Positions 33,067-45,176 of a stretch of 64,000 nt of DNA are shown here, piece after piece. A model generated the notes under the pieces. It worked only from the letters and a program-made list of their open reading frames with translations. It was not told where the DNA came from and searched no databases. The position numbers and the translations under genes were made by a program. The stretch covers positions 89,849 through 153,848 of the forward strand of contig FLMG01001670.1 in NCBI GenBank assembly GCA_900088475.1, given 5' to 3'. Source of the stretch: Hyphochytrium catenoides. Taxonomy: Eukaryota > Protista > Hyphochytriomycota. Numbering within the stretch: position 1 is the stretch's first letter; every line of letters begins with the position of its first letter.

Positions 33067-35396
33067 CTACAGCTGCGGGTAGGTGACCAATGTGGGGTAG
33101 CGCATTCTCCAGGCATTCGCAAGATCGTGATATAGCTCGGGATGGTGCATCGCAAAAGCCGCAGAGTCCTCCGCAAAGCAAACGAAGATTGTATCAACTG
33201 CCGCTCCCAGCACGGTGAAGAAGACGGCTGCCCCCGCTGCAAAAGCGGCACAAATGCAAAGCGAGGGTCGGTTAGGACGCCTATGGCTGTAGGCCGCAAT
33301 CGAAGTTGAAGGTGAACTAGTGTAACACAAGCCAGATATTCTGAACGGCGGCAAGGGCTTCAAAAGGAGGGATGTCGTTCACTCACCAAGGCCAAGAAGG
33401 AAGCCTCCAACGCCCAGCGTGTATATGGCGCCGTCTGACTTGGCCACATCCAGCTGCGCCAAAACGACGCCGATAACAGCACATAACCCACCAATCAAGA
33501 CGGAAAACATGAACAGGACGTTGCCCACCAAGTCGTCAGAAATGATAGCGCTCCAGCCTCGAGCCTTAAACAGGTTGAAGACACTTTTGCAGGCATCGAT
33601 GTAGCCCATGCCATAAAGCCCTACAACGCAGAGTATAATAACAGAGCACAACGAGAGAAAAGAGAGTGAGTGACGGTTAGACAAGCAAGCACGTATGTTT
33701 CATGGCGAGGAAAGCACGAGATTGAATAAGTCAGCTCAAGCCACTATGCTCACCGACGTAGACAAAGCCCCATTTGTTGATGTACTCAACGATGGACTCC
33801 AGGCAGGCCAGAATGCACTGGGCGATGCAAGCAAGAAGGATTGTGATGACTGCAGTAAGAAGGATATGAATAAAGGTATGTTAGATGAGACGAGACTACG
33901 CGACGCACAGTGTGCACGCAGGACGAACCACACATACAAGTCTAACGTCAACACACAGAGCCAGTCAGCTTGATGACGATTCAGATTCTAGCCAGAGAGG
34001 CTTTACGCGGCAATTGGAGAGTTACGTCTCAGTGAAGAGCTACGTTTCAACGAGAAAAAAAGACTGTGGATGGACTACAGCATAAGAAAACGGTGCGAGC
34101 TTCAAAGAAACCGAAGCAGATTAAGGTTGTGAAAACGCTTACATCCATTGTCATCATCTGTTTGAGCCGAATAAGCCAGCTGCCGAAGTGTACTAATAAA
34201 GGCCAACACGAGCGAGCCGAAAGCCACCGAGCCCAAAGATGTAGTGACGGACCGGATGAACGCCGACATCGAGGTGTTCTTATACCCGCTGTTGTACCAG
34301 AAAGAGCCCATCACGCCCGCCGTGGTCACGGTGTTCAGACTGCGAATGGTGTAGGCACCGAAGTAGAAGGCAAGTAGCAAAAAAAAACCGCTGACTCCCA
34401 GCCATGTATTCTCACTCGAGTCGGAGCCAGGCTTGGTGTACTGTCTGTCGCTGTGATTGTAGACACCCAACACCGCTATGATCCATAGGGCGGTATAGGC
34501 GAAAAGAGCCACAGCAAGGACAACTGTTGACAAGTAAATGCCCCAGTACTTGTTTAATCCAGCGAACGCAACCCTAGGAGCACCACATAAAAACATGAGA
34601 GAGAGAGAGTGATGAAGATGGTGAGGGAGAGAAGAACCAGAGACACGAGCGGCCCTAGAGAAAGAGTCGTATAATGCGCCACATAACATCGTACAAAGAA
34701 AAAGAAGCTCATGCGAGAATATCGGCAAGGCCATTGGGCTTTGAGCGTTGGTAGGTGCAGTAGAGTTTGGCCATACCTGAATAGTGCGGCAGCAAACGGA
34801 ATGAAGCTTTGGACGGCCTTAAGATAGCATAACGCGATAAGGGCGAAGATGCCGAAGATTATGGCACCAATGTACTGGCCAACGGAGGCGTAGAGGACAG
34901 CCACCGCGATAAAAAAGGCCACCTCAAACCACAGGGCCACTTTGATAAAAACCTCTGGCTTCCAGTTCAGCAGAAACAAAGATGCCATGGACAGCAATCC
35001 AGCCAGTACCATGAGACCAACGAGACATATTAGCTCGTTGATCTGAAAATAATCTCCAACGCCGCTATCTGGCCGGTCCAGCTCGTTACTGACGGCTTCA
35101 AAGCCCCATATGATGGACAGAGCGATAATGGCCCCGACCGTGATGGCAAAGAGCGCTGCAAATATGGGATCTCTGGTAATGCAAGCATCATAGGCAGGGG
35201 AAGACAATCAATACGCAGACAATGAGTACACCTCTCATGACCTAATGAGAAACTGCACGCTTTACCTGCAGCCTGGCTTCTGCGCCTTTCGCTGCTCTAC
35301 GGCGGGATCCTTGTATGCCTCCTCTTCCATCATCATCCCTGGTGATGCGGCACCCATTTGCTGTTGCTGTTGTGGGTTATAATAGTTGTCCATCAT
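33067..35396 (-). CDS. Choline transporter-like protein (CTL/SLC44, PNS1-like), paralog 1
   Basis: GCR-DPIFAALF, multiple TM helices, SFIPFAAALF, VTTAGVMGSFWY, RSVTTSLGSVAFGSL, NKWGFVYVG-LYGMGYIDACKSVFNLFKARGWSAIISDDLV, AVDTIFVCFAED. Confidence 0.9.
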
Positions 35397-36776
35397 GCTG
35401 CTCTTTAGCAAAACTAAACACAAATGTTATATAGAAGAGAGGTGCGAGCCTCACAATGCTAAGGTGATCGACTAGTCTGCACAGCAATCTGGAAAATGGA
35501 GCTTCAAGCTCTAGAAAGGCTCCAAAGCACGTCTCTCAGACCTTGATTTCTTTTCTATGAGTACGACTGCAGAGAAACGGAAGAAATGGTGGGCACGAGA
35601 TGGAGGACTCTGATAAAGTCTGCCAATAGGCTCCAACCCCAACGCCGCCGGCACAAACACAAACACAGGCTTTTCTGGTGGGGAGGGTAGGAAAGGGAAG
35701 GTTCAGGTCGTACAAAGGGGGTCTGCACACAAAATGAGAGACAGAGAGCGAACAGAGAGCCAGAGTGGGAATGAGAAAGAGAAAGAGCACGAGAGAGGGA
35801 AGGTAGGTGGGGAGATATCATGGCACAGTTGGGAGACAGAGAGGAGAAGAAAGATGAGGCACAAGGAAGAGAGGACCTAGTGGGGAAAGATGACAGAACC
35901 GGCAGACACAACAGGGAAACAAAGAGCAACAGAACAAGGAAGAGCGGCCACACTGTACGGTAGTGTTTCGGCACCACGGAAGTATTACTACGTCTCCGCT
36001 GTTATGACGCTATCCCATAGTTTCTGATATTATTACTCCCGATCAGAGGGAGAATCAGATTGTTATTGTTTACACAGAGAAAGTCAAACCAGCTGAGATG
36101 CCCTACTTCTTACTACTCGTAATATACGAGCTGGAGCACAAGGAAAGCGGATTACATAGAAGAAAGCTATCGAGAAGCCATACCTGTACTACTTTTCTAT
36201 TATAAACTGGTCAACGTTGGGTCTGCTGTATCAATGCTACAGTTGTAAGACTTCTTTGTGCACGAAAGTCTCACAATGGAAGTACGAGTGGGGTTATGAT
36301 GATAGGGCCAGGCTTGATGGAGATGGAAATAGGCACCACTGTTATTCTACTGCTCTACAGTAGTTGTGCAACTGCAGATGATGTTCAGCAAGCATCTGCC
36401 ATTGGTGGTCGTGCAGATTTGCTTGTTTGCGTATTCAGAGCATTGGCTGTACTGAATTAATAGAGCTCTTTCAGTCCTGAGTGCATTTGTCATCCTCTTG
36501 ATGGGTGGTGTGTTCGTAGCACTAGAGGTTAGGTGTTCAGAGCACGAGAAGTCATCATAGGAATATATGCTGTAGATTTTATAATCAAGAGGGCTGTCTA
36601 GCCTCGTGCTATCCGGTCTCATCCCTTTCCACAATGGGCTAGTGCTATCACGCTTGCACTATGATAACTCTCCGTGGTAGGTAGCCTGCTTGGGATAGCC
36701 TCCCACAAACGCAATAACTTGACAAACTTGATAACAGGAAGGTCTGGTCCGTCAGGCTTAAGAGCACACCCTCAAT

Positions 36777-38931
36777 CTAGAGTCTACTGCAATACCCTTG
36801 CTCCATCAAAGCCTCAGGATAAATGGAGTACCATCCTGTAACCAAGTCGCGATACAGTTCTGGCTTGTGAGCCGCAAATGCGGCCGGGTCTTCAGCGAAG
36901 CACACGAAGATGGTGTGCACAGCTGATGTAACTATGGAGAAGAAAATTGCCGACATGGCTTCATAGGTGGGCACACAGAGCCGAGAAACGGGAAAAGATA
37001 CAAAGAGTTTGCGAGAACCAATCGTTAGTAACAAGCGCCATCTCGGGTCAAGATCTTGTCCATGCTTACCAACGCCGACAAAGAAGCCTGCGATTCCAAG
37101 AACAACCATTGAAGTTCCTGTAGTTGCGTAATTCGTGGCGCCAATTAAAGCACCAGCAAGGCCCAGTGTGCAGCCAATAGCCAGGGAAAACATCATTAAG
37201 ACGTTCGTCACCAGGTTGTCATTGATAATAGCAGTCCAGCCGCGAGCTTTGAAGAGATGGATGACGGACTTGCATGCCTCTGTGTAGCTCATTCCATATA
37301 TACCTGGGAAAGAATTGGACAGCTAACCGGTTAGCACCCGAGTTGCTTAGAGGATGCTAAATGCTGTACACATGTTTAGTGGGAAAGATTATAGAGACCA
37401 TGATGGCACATTGTCACCGCCGGAAGAGGAGAAGATGCTTCAATGGCAGAACGAGTGCACCATGAAAGAATATGATCGCTGAGCAGAGCCAGTTATGATA
37501 CTAGTGCGAAACGGTAAGAGATGAGGTCTTACCAACATATACGAAGCCCCATTGGTTCAAAAATTCTACGACGCTCTCAATGCAGCTTAGAAGACACTGC
37601 GCCAAGCACGCAAAGATCAGCCCCACCACTAAAGAATCGTGCGATGAGGTAGCAAAGAGGAAGAGATTGTTAGCCAATGTGAGCGTTCCTTTTGAAACCC
37701 TTTTAGGTATACCGTCACGATCTTCTTGACTCTGGCGCTGCGCTTGTATAGCAATTTGGCGCAAGGTCTCAATGACAGCCACTACTAAAGAGCCACTGAA
37801 GAGGTGCCCGAGATGAGCTCAGCTCCATTTTTAAGACTAGGCACCGCAAGGCAGATAGGACAGCAACACATACAATACGTACAAAGCAGCATCAACGCGG
37901 ATGTAGAATTGATAAATGCAACAACACACTTACAAGGCAACAGAGCCCAATGACGTTGTGCAAGCTCTCAGGAGTGCTCCCAGCGAGGAGCCCGACTTGT
38001 TGTTGTACCAGTATGACGCCACAGCCCCCGCCACCGTGACAGTGTTCAGATTCTTGATAGTAAAGGCGCCGAAGTAGAAAGACAAAAGTAGACAGAAGAA
38101 AGTCACACCCTGAGTAGACCCCATGTTATCGTCGTCATCTCCTCGCTCGCGGCGCTCATTGTTCTGCAACCGCTGGAAGACTCCAATAACGGCCACCATC
38201 CAGACGACAGCAAATAAAAACTGCGTAATCTGGATTCCAAGCGCTACGACGTACAGTCCCCAATTGTCCCTAAGTGCTGCACAGGCAACCCTGGAACTGT
38301 GGTTAGGAGGTGGTCGTCATGAGCTTAAGTTCACATCTAACGAGACTTACTTCAGATTAACGCTTGCAAAGGCAATTCGATCTTGAACGGCTCGCATGAA
38401 GCAGTAGGATAGACCTGACATCAGAAGAAACACGACTCCTACAAGGACGGACTGAACCATGGCCAGAAGACCCAAGACAAAGAACCAAAGTATCTGGAAC
38501 CATAGCCCAATCCGAATCATGTTCTCGGCATTCCTTATCATTAGCACGACGCTGAAGACTGAGAGGATGCAAGCGGCTCCAGAGAGTCCAGCAATGGCTA
38601 TCAGCTCATGAGTTGAAATAGGGCTCGGCTCACTAGCCCGCTCTCTCTGAGACTTCTGCGCCTCATTGATAGCAGGGATGCCCCATAACACTGCTAGTAC
38701 TCCCATGACCACGAGGTTGGCGACAAACAGGACTGCGAAGAAGGGGTCTCTGAAAGGAGGAAGTAACCATGAGTAGGCATCTGAAGTGGCTCAGAAAGGC
38801 TATACTTGGGGTCACCTGCATCCGGACGAAGCTACACGAGGCTTGATCGCCTCCACATGTGAGACAGTGTATCCTGGAGGATCTGCAGAGTCGAACGTCC
38901 GTCCTCCCACATTTTTTTTTGAGACATCCAT
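36777..38931 (-). CDS. Choline transporter-like protein (CTL/SLC44, PNS1-like), paralog 2
   Basis: GCR-DPFFAVLF, DRIAFASVNL, VTVAGAVASYWY, RACTTSLGSVAFGSL, NQWGFVYVG-IYGMSYTEACKSVIHLFKARGWTAIINDNLV, AVHTIFVCFAEDP. Several intron positions are shared with paralog 1. Confidence 0.9.
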
Positions 38932-41900
38932 GGTTGCCCTTGGGAGCAGTGGTTGTGAAGCGTCAGAGAACTGCATGCAGGCGGCTTGCTTTATAGCGAC
39001 TCCTGTCGCGCCTCGTTACTCAAGCTTGGAACGTAGGCCTCTCAGGCACCAGGAGGCAATCGGCACTCTTTAGCGGTCTTGGCGACGGCGAAATGGTAGA
39101 GCGCACATGGATCAAGACGGCGGAGTGCAGGGTCCCCAGGAACCAAGAGAAACAGAGAGAGAAGAGGGAAGATCGTTGCTTGTCCGAAGGTGTGAAACAG
39201 CAGCCCAGTTCTCCTGGAAAGCTCTCTCACAAGCAGAGAAGAACAGTTAGACACGGGGAAAACGGAAATTACACCTTCGAAACTTGATATTCACTACTCC
39301 TGTGATTCTAATGAATTCTTCAAGGTTACCGATTCCAGGTAAAAGGGAGATAGAGAGGGCATTACGCAATAAATAAAAGGGCGGCTATGAGTTGGAGCGA
39401 AATCGGTCAAATGACGGTAAGCTGTCGATGAAAAAGTGCGGAAACCGAAAACCAAGAGAACAGGAGGCTTCATCAAAAAATCATTGACCTACTTTATTAC
39501 ATCTATTAGAAAGTACAAGCACGGGTTGACGAAGAAGGAGAGCAACAATATCGTCCTTATTTCTACTATGAGCCGCCTCTGCAAGAAATAATGAGCTGCA
39601 GCTCTTCTTGATGGTGGTGTTTGAGAGGCACAGGAGCACAGGAGGAAGTAGTACCCTGCTGCGTTTGTTTTCTTGATGATAATAGCAGCCTTCCTTGGGT
39701 TTAGAGTCTTCTTCTTCTATTGTACCAACCTCCAAGTGAACAACGACAGAGCGCAGACTCTTTGTGCAGACCAACGGTCACAACAAGTGTTGTTGATTAT
39801 AAGAATGTCACTAGTACAAGTAGGAAGAGGATGGTACTCTGGTAGTAATCTGGAAGCTGATAAAACGGTGGTAGTGGTGTTCGGATCGGAGAGAAAAGTA
39901 GTGTCCTCTCCTCCTGACGATTAGGTAACGACATCTCCTCCTAAAGCAGAATTAGAGCCCATAATACTGTTTGTTGGGGTGATGTCGTCATCAGATTGCT
40001 AAAATTAAGTACTATCATCTTTCGCCACCGGTCAATGATAACTCGCTATGCTAGCAAGGCCAACCTGTTTTAGGTAGATATTATGATGGAGTTCTTATCA
40101 GAGGCTGAATGAGGTCTGAATGAAAGTGTTCCTCCGCCGTTAGCAGCGGGAGTGGTGCTAGTAGGTACTCTCAGCCTAGAAGCATACAACCACTACGCTA
40201 CTTACCCTACCAGGCGCGACGAGCCCTTGCCACTCTTCATCAGAAGAGAGAAGTATCCCACCATCATGAGCTTGACAATGGCGAAGATGTATTTCTATCT
40301 TCTTCTTTCGTAGTGGCTTCTTGTTTGGAGTGTCAGTATTCGACGAAGTCACACTATTGGGGCCGACGCATACCCGAGGAGGAGACTGTCATGTGCAACG
40401 TGCATCACAGCCTACTAACAGGCATGAAGACACATCTTCTGCATTTGCCAAACCGTCCTGGTCAGTGATGAAAGTGCGGTTGGAAGTAGCTCGACTTCTT
40501 CAAGTGGTGCCGTGGTATAATAGCTAGAGGGCAATAATACAGAAGCTTTTATCGGCCGTAGTTCTATACGCATAAGGTGCACCTTATAATAATGCGATGA
40601 GGGCACGTCAGCATGATGGCTGCATACACGTCTGCATTAGTTCGTTCTACGAGCAATCTCGAAAGGAGGCGAGACAACACGATAAATTCTTATCCTTCTA
40701 CAATGGAGGAGCTACAACAGCACATAATTCGAATACCATTGTATTATGGCGTCAATCGCCTGAAGCGGCGCCGGAAACTGGATATTTTTAGTGGCTCTTC
40801 TTCTAGGAGAGCAACAGCGCCAAGAGTTGCCTCTAACACCCATATAGAACTAAAGAGAAGATAGTTCTTATGCTATGACTTTCTCTTTGGCACACCCGTA
40901 TCTTATTATCTCAAAAAAGGTGCGAAACTTTGGCTGATGGGTGGTGTCAATAATATAAGAAAAAGTATGACTAGGAGTGCAGATTGGTGGTTAGTACGCT
41001 AGTGTTGATAATGATGCTGGTAATTATTGGCAGGCTTTTTAGATGATACGACAGCACTGATGACCATGACCATAAGCTGTCCAATGTTACCAACAGACGG
41101 AGTAGACTCGTACAGGCAAAGACTTGAGATCGATGAAGCAAAAGCCGAAAGCTGGCCTTATTTCACACCAGCACATGCCCTATTTACAGTATTGGCGCTA
41201 TTGAGCTATTGTCTATCGCTCACCCCTTTCTCCTTGCTCAGTCCTCATTGTATCCAAGGCAAATTTTTCTGAAGAAAGTACAGTATTTCAGGTTACAGAT
41301 GGGTGGGGATGTCACGACTCTCATAGTATCATAAGACTGAGTTAGAGGCGGGTGGAAGTTGCAGTGAAAGTGGAGAAAGTTCCACGGCCATGCCTGTCTT
41401 TTCAAAGAGGGCCGCAATGAAAGTAACTCACCTCTCCAATGCCTTGAAAGCTTCGCAACCTTAGGCTTTTGTGACGACAGAGCCGGTTTCTTTCAATGTT
41501 TATGAAAGTTATCAGTATTTTTGGTAGGATATCCTCTGTGGCTCCAACAAGTAGAACGGACAATAATGCGTACAAATGTTACAGTCAACGAGGTGGGAAA
41601 ATTATGAAAGAATGGAGCACTTTCTCTCGGCCTTTTGTGCCTGTCTGCCCATTGCTGAACCTTCAGCCTAAACGAAAAAGTGATCTGAAAGCTTTCCATG
41701 CGAAAGAAACCTCTTTGAAATCAAACTCCTTCTTATTCTCAGACAGAAGGTGGGTGGGCGTCTGATTCCAACCCATGGAGTGGATGGGCACATAGGCAAA
41801 AATGTTACTCCGTACTTGCCATTACTAGAAGCTACAGCCCACTCCCACCCACCTGTTGATGGAAGTAAGGAGGAGGGCTAGAGAATGTACCAGATCACTG

Positions 41901-42802
41901 CAGCTAAATATTGAAGAGCAGCTGGAGGTTTACTGTATTTTGACAAATCGAAGGGGTGGGTAGGCGAATGGTGTTTCGGAACCCGAAGGATGACGGACGT
42001 GAGGAGGACAAGAGGAAAAAAATGAACGCTTTCGTAACGGCTTTGTGGGTTCTTGGTTCTCATGTCCATAGATAATGTTAGGCCTCCGTGCAATGATGAA
42101 ACCCTTCTGATTCTGTATGTGCCTGCGACAGGACATCATCAACCTTCTTTCCCTTTCTCAGATGTCTCTCTTAGCCCTTACTCGCCTTCTTATCTTTCCC
42201 GCTGTAGGGAGACAGAGCTGTCAACAGAGAGTCTAAAGAGAGGGAAAGAAAAAGACGAGAAGGGATCCAGAGAAGAGACTGTGAGCACAAAGATTGGAGG
42301 GAGAAAAATGGACCAAGACTGAAAAAAGTGGGAAAGGTCAAAGGTCAAACAAAGGGTCAAAGCAGCTCCAAGGTCCCAAGGCACATGAATAGTACAGAGA
42401 GCGAGAGCAAGAAGAGCCATGTAGAGAGGACAAGAAGGAGGGATGAATGAGGCTGGAGAACGGGTGGGGAACGTTCCAAACAGCCCTCAATATGAGAGAG
42501 AGGCAGCTGGAAGAGATAGCTACAGTTACTATGACCTCTGGTCGTAGACCTTCTGCCGACATACACAGCGGCTGTGAAGAGGAGGTGGAGCAAGGGAGCT
42601 TCCACAGGCTAGATGAGGACAAAGAGGAAGGTTTTTATAAGAGGGTGGAAAGATAAACTGGCGTCACTTTTTCTGTTCCTTGCTAGTGCCCGCGCCGTCA
42701 GGAGCTTCTGTCAGCAGCGCAATACTTTCACCCTTGGCGCCACAGCTCAAGAATTGTTATCGCTTGTAGGCCTTGTTATCGCAAGGTTGTCCATAATCAG
42801 CA

Positions 42803-44212
42803 ATGGGTGCCACATGCTCTAAGCCAGAGGCAACAACTGTTGAACAGCAGCCCGTGAAGGATGTTCCAGAGACCGCTGAGACTGTAAAGGAAGGTGCTGT
42901 GGTGGTTGTAGAGGAGAATCCCGCGGAGGACACCCCTGCCACGACTGAAGAGAAAGCTGCAGAATCCACAGAGAAGACTGAAGAACCAGTAGCCACGGCC
43001 GACGAGGAGGCTCATATCGCGGAGGAGGCAGCCGCGCCAGATGCAGCTCCTCGCAAGAGTTCTGTAAGGGATTTCTTCAAGAACCTAGTTCCAGCGAAGA
43101 AGGAGAAGGCTGCAAGCGAGGAGAAGCCTGCTGAAGAGGCCGCAGTTTCCTTTGAAACTGCTCCAGAAACTGAGAAACCCGCGGATGAGGTCAATCAGCC
43201 TGCGGAAGTCGCTGAAGCTCCTGCCGAAGAAGCTGAAAAGTCGACCGAGGCGGTGGAAGCACCAACCGAGGAAGCTGAAAAGCCTACGGCAGAAGCCGTA
43301 GAGGTACCTTCCCAAGAAGCGGAAAAGCCGGCAGAGGAGAATCAACAGCCTACGGAGGAGAAGACTGCCGTCGAGGAAGCGCCAGCTGAGGGCAGGAAGA
43401 GTGTAAGGGAGTTTTTCAAGAAAATGATCCCTACCAAGAAGGAAAAAGAGGCTGAGAAGGCGGCAGACCAAGTTCCAGCAGCATCTAAGCCTGAAGAAGA
43501 CACAACACCTGCGGTCGAAGCCCCTGCTACTGAAGTAGCTGCTGCCCCCGCTACTGAAGAAGTGGCTGCTGTCCCCGCTACCGAAGTGGCTGAAGCCCCT
43601 GCTGCCGAAGAAGAGAAGACTTCAGAAGAGGTTCCTGCTGCAGCAGAGGCAGCAGAGGAGAGAAAGTCAGGAGTGAAGGATTTCTTCAAGAAGATTGTTC
43701 CTCACAAGAAGGAGAAGGTTGAAACTGCTGTAACAGAAGCTCCATCCGCTGAGGCAGAGCCCGCTGAGGCACCAGCTCCTGTTGCAGAAGAGACCCCAGC
43801 GGTCGAAACTGCAGCCCCTGATGCGTCAGCTACGGAAACTCCAGAGCACACTGATGAACCTCGAAAGTCTTCTGTAAGAAACTTCTTCAAGAAGATTATC
43901 CCCGCCAAGAAGGAGAAGGAAGAGGCCAAGGAAGTTGCACAAGAGCAAGCTCCAGCTACCGAGGAGGCGCCTGTCGCAGCAGCTGAGGAAGCCGCTGCTG
44001 CCCCTGTCGTTGAAGAGGCACCCGCAGCAGTCCCTACTCTTGAGGAAGCTCCTGTGGCTTTAGTGGAGGAAGCTGCAGCCCCTGTGGAGGTGGAGCCTGC
44101 TGAAGAGCCCAAGGCAGAAGAGGAGGCTGTAGCGAAGGAGGAAGAGGCCGTACTCGAGAAGTCAGCAGCGGAACCAGCCGCTGAGGCCCCTAAGGACACT
44201 GTTGTTGCCTAA
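42803..44212 (+). CDS. Intronless N-myristoylated/palmitoylated Glu/Ala/Pro-rich disordered protein with four basic-aromatic repeats
   Basis: 469-aa ORF with an MGATCSK N-terminus. Repeats RKSSVRDFFKNLVPAKKEK, RKSVREFFKKMIPTKKEK, RKSGVKDFFKKIVPHKKEK and RKSSVRNFFKKIIPAKKEK are conserved in protein with synonymous DNA divergence. Confidence 0.85.
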   Translation: MGATCSKPEATTVEQQPVKDVPETAETVKEGAVVVVEENPAEDTPATTEEKAAESTEKTEEPVATADEEAHIAEEAAAPDAAPRKSSVRDFFKNLVPAKKEKAASEEKPAEEAAVSFETAPETEKPADEVNQPAEVAEAPAEEAEKSTEAVEAPTEEAEKPTAEAVEVPSQEAEKPAEENQQPTEEKTAVEEAPAEGRKSVREFFKKMIPTKKEKEAEKAADQVPAASKPEEDTTPAVEAPATEVAAAPATEEVAAVPATEVAEAPAAEEEKTSEEVPAAAEAAEERKSGVKDFFKKIVPHKKEKVETAVTEAPSAEAEPAEAPAPVAEETPAVETAAPDASATETPEHTDEPRKSSVRNFFKKIIPAKKEKEEAKEVAQEQAPATEEAPVAAAEEAAAAPVVEEAPAAVPTLEEAPVALVEEAAAPVEVEPAEEPKAEEEAVAKEEEAVLEKSAAEPAAEAPKDTVVA

Positions 44213-44433
44213 TTCACCCGCTACCAGGTTTATTTAGCTCTTATCTATAGTAGTAGCTCCTCTCTCTATCCATAGTTAGAACTGGCCCCGCTCTACCTTC
44301 GAAAGCGAGCCCAACGACGACACTATTGTAAAGTTTCTCTTAAATCTGAATGTCTTTTTTTCTATTCCTCTCCCGGCACTACTTCTACAGGCAAGTGAAG
44401 CTTTATTTCTGCACTCTTGAACACAAGAGGTGC

Positions 44434-44488
44434 ACTAGTTCTACTGGCGAAGAGAGACATTACTAGTTCTACTGGCAAAAGAGAAAGC
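44434..44488. repeat. Imperfect tandem direct repeat, about 28 bp x2 (actagttctactggc core)
   Basis: actagttctactggcgaagagagacatt followed by actagttctactggcaaaagagaaagc. Confidence 0.7.
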
Positions 44489-45176
44489 AACCTAAGGCAG
44501 ACCGAGCGCGGGGAGTTTGCCATGTACCTACCTACCTTCTGTACCCCTAGGATGTTTGCGGTTCCTCAACTCCATGGAGCTTCATTCTAAGCAACCTTAT
44601 TACAGGATATTCCTCTTCCTTTAGCCGAAGGGCTGAGATTGCACTGCTGCTGCACCGTTTGTCGATTATCTGCTGAAGCTTTGAGGACGGAGAAGAAGTG
44701 GAGAGATCCATCCAACAACTGCTGATAGTGCATGCACTTATTTGAAGATCCTCATTGCTCATTGGGAAAAGTCAGAATATATGGGTTCTAAATAAAGACG
44801 TTATCTATGACGGATAGTATCCCCTTTATTCTTCGGGATTCTTGATAGTCCGCACTCGTTCTTCCCTCGTCCCCTCTTCGGATTTTCAAAATTTACCAGC
44901 GCTGTCATGAGTCCCTCAACAAGTCCGTCCTCATCAGTCTTCAGCGCCAACATGATGCCCAGCGGTCTGCTCTTGGCTGAACCTCCCGCCATATGCTGCC
45001 ATTCTTGAGCTTGCCAGATGGCTGAACAGGGTAGTACTCTATCTCATTCAATCAATCTCTGTCCTCTCATTCGCTTTCGGATCAAGATATAAGGAGGAAA
45101 GCGAGCGAACGTCGCACCTCTTGAGCACAAAAGCTCTGAAGGTCGATCAGCGATCATTGTTGGAGATAAGGATAAT

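Noticed and set aside
44434-44488. CRISPR-like repeat
   Set aside because: Only two adjacent imperfect copies, eukaryotic context and no cas genes.
44547-44992. Short minus-strand ORFs between the two acidic-protein genes
   Set aside because: No recognisable motif and no convincing splice path joining them.
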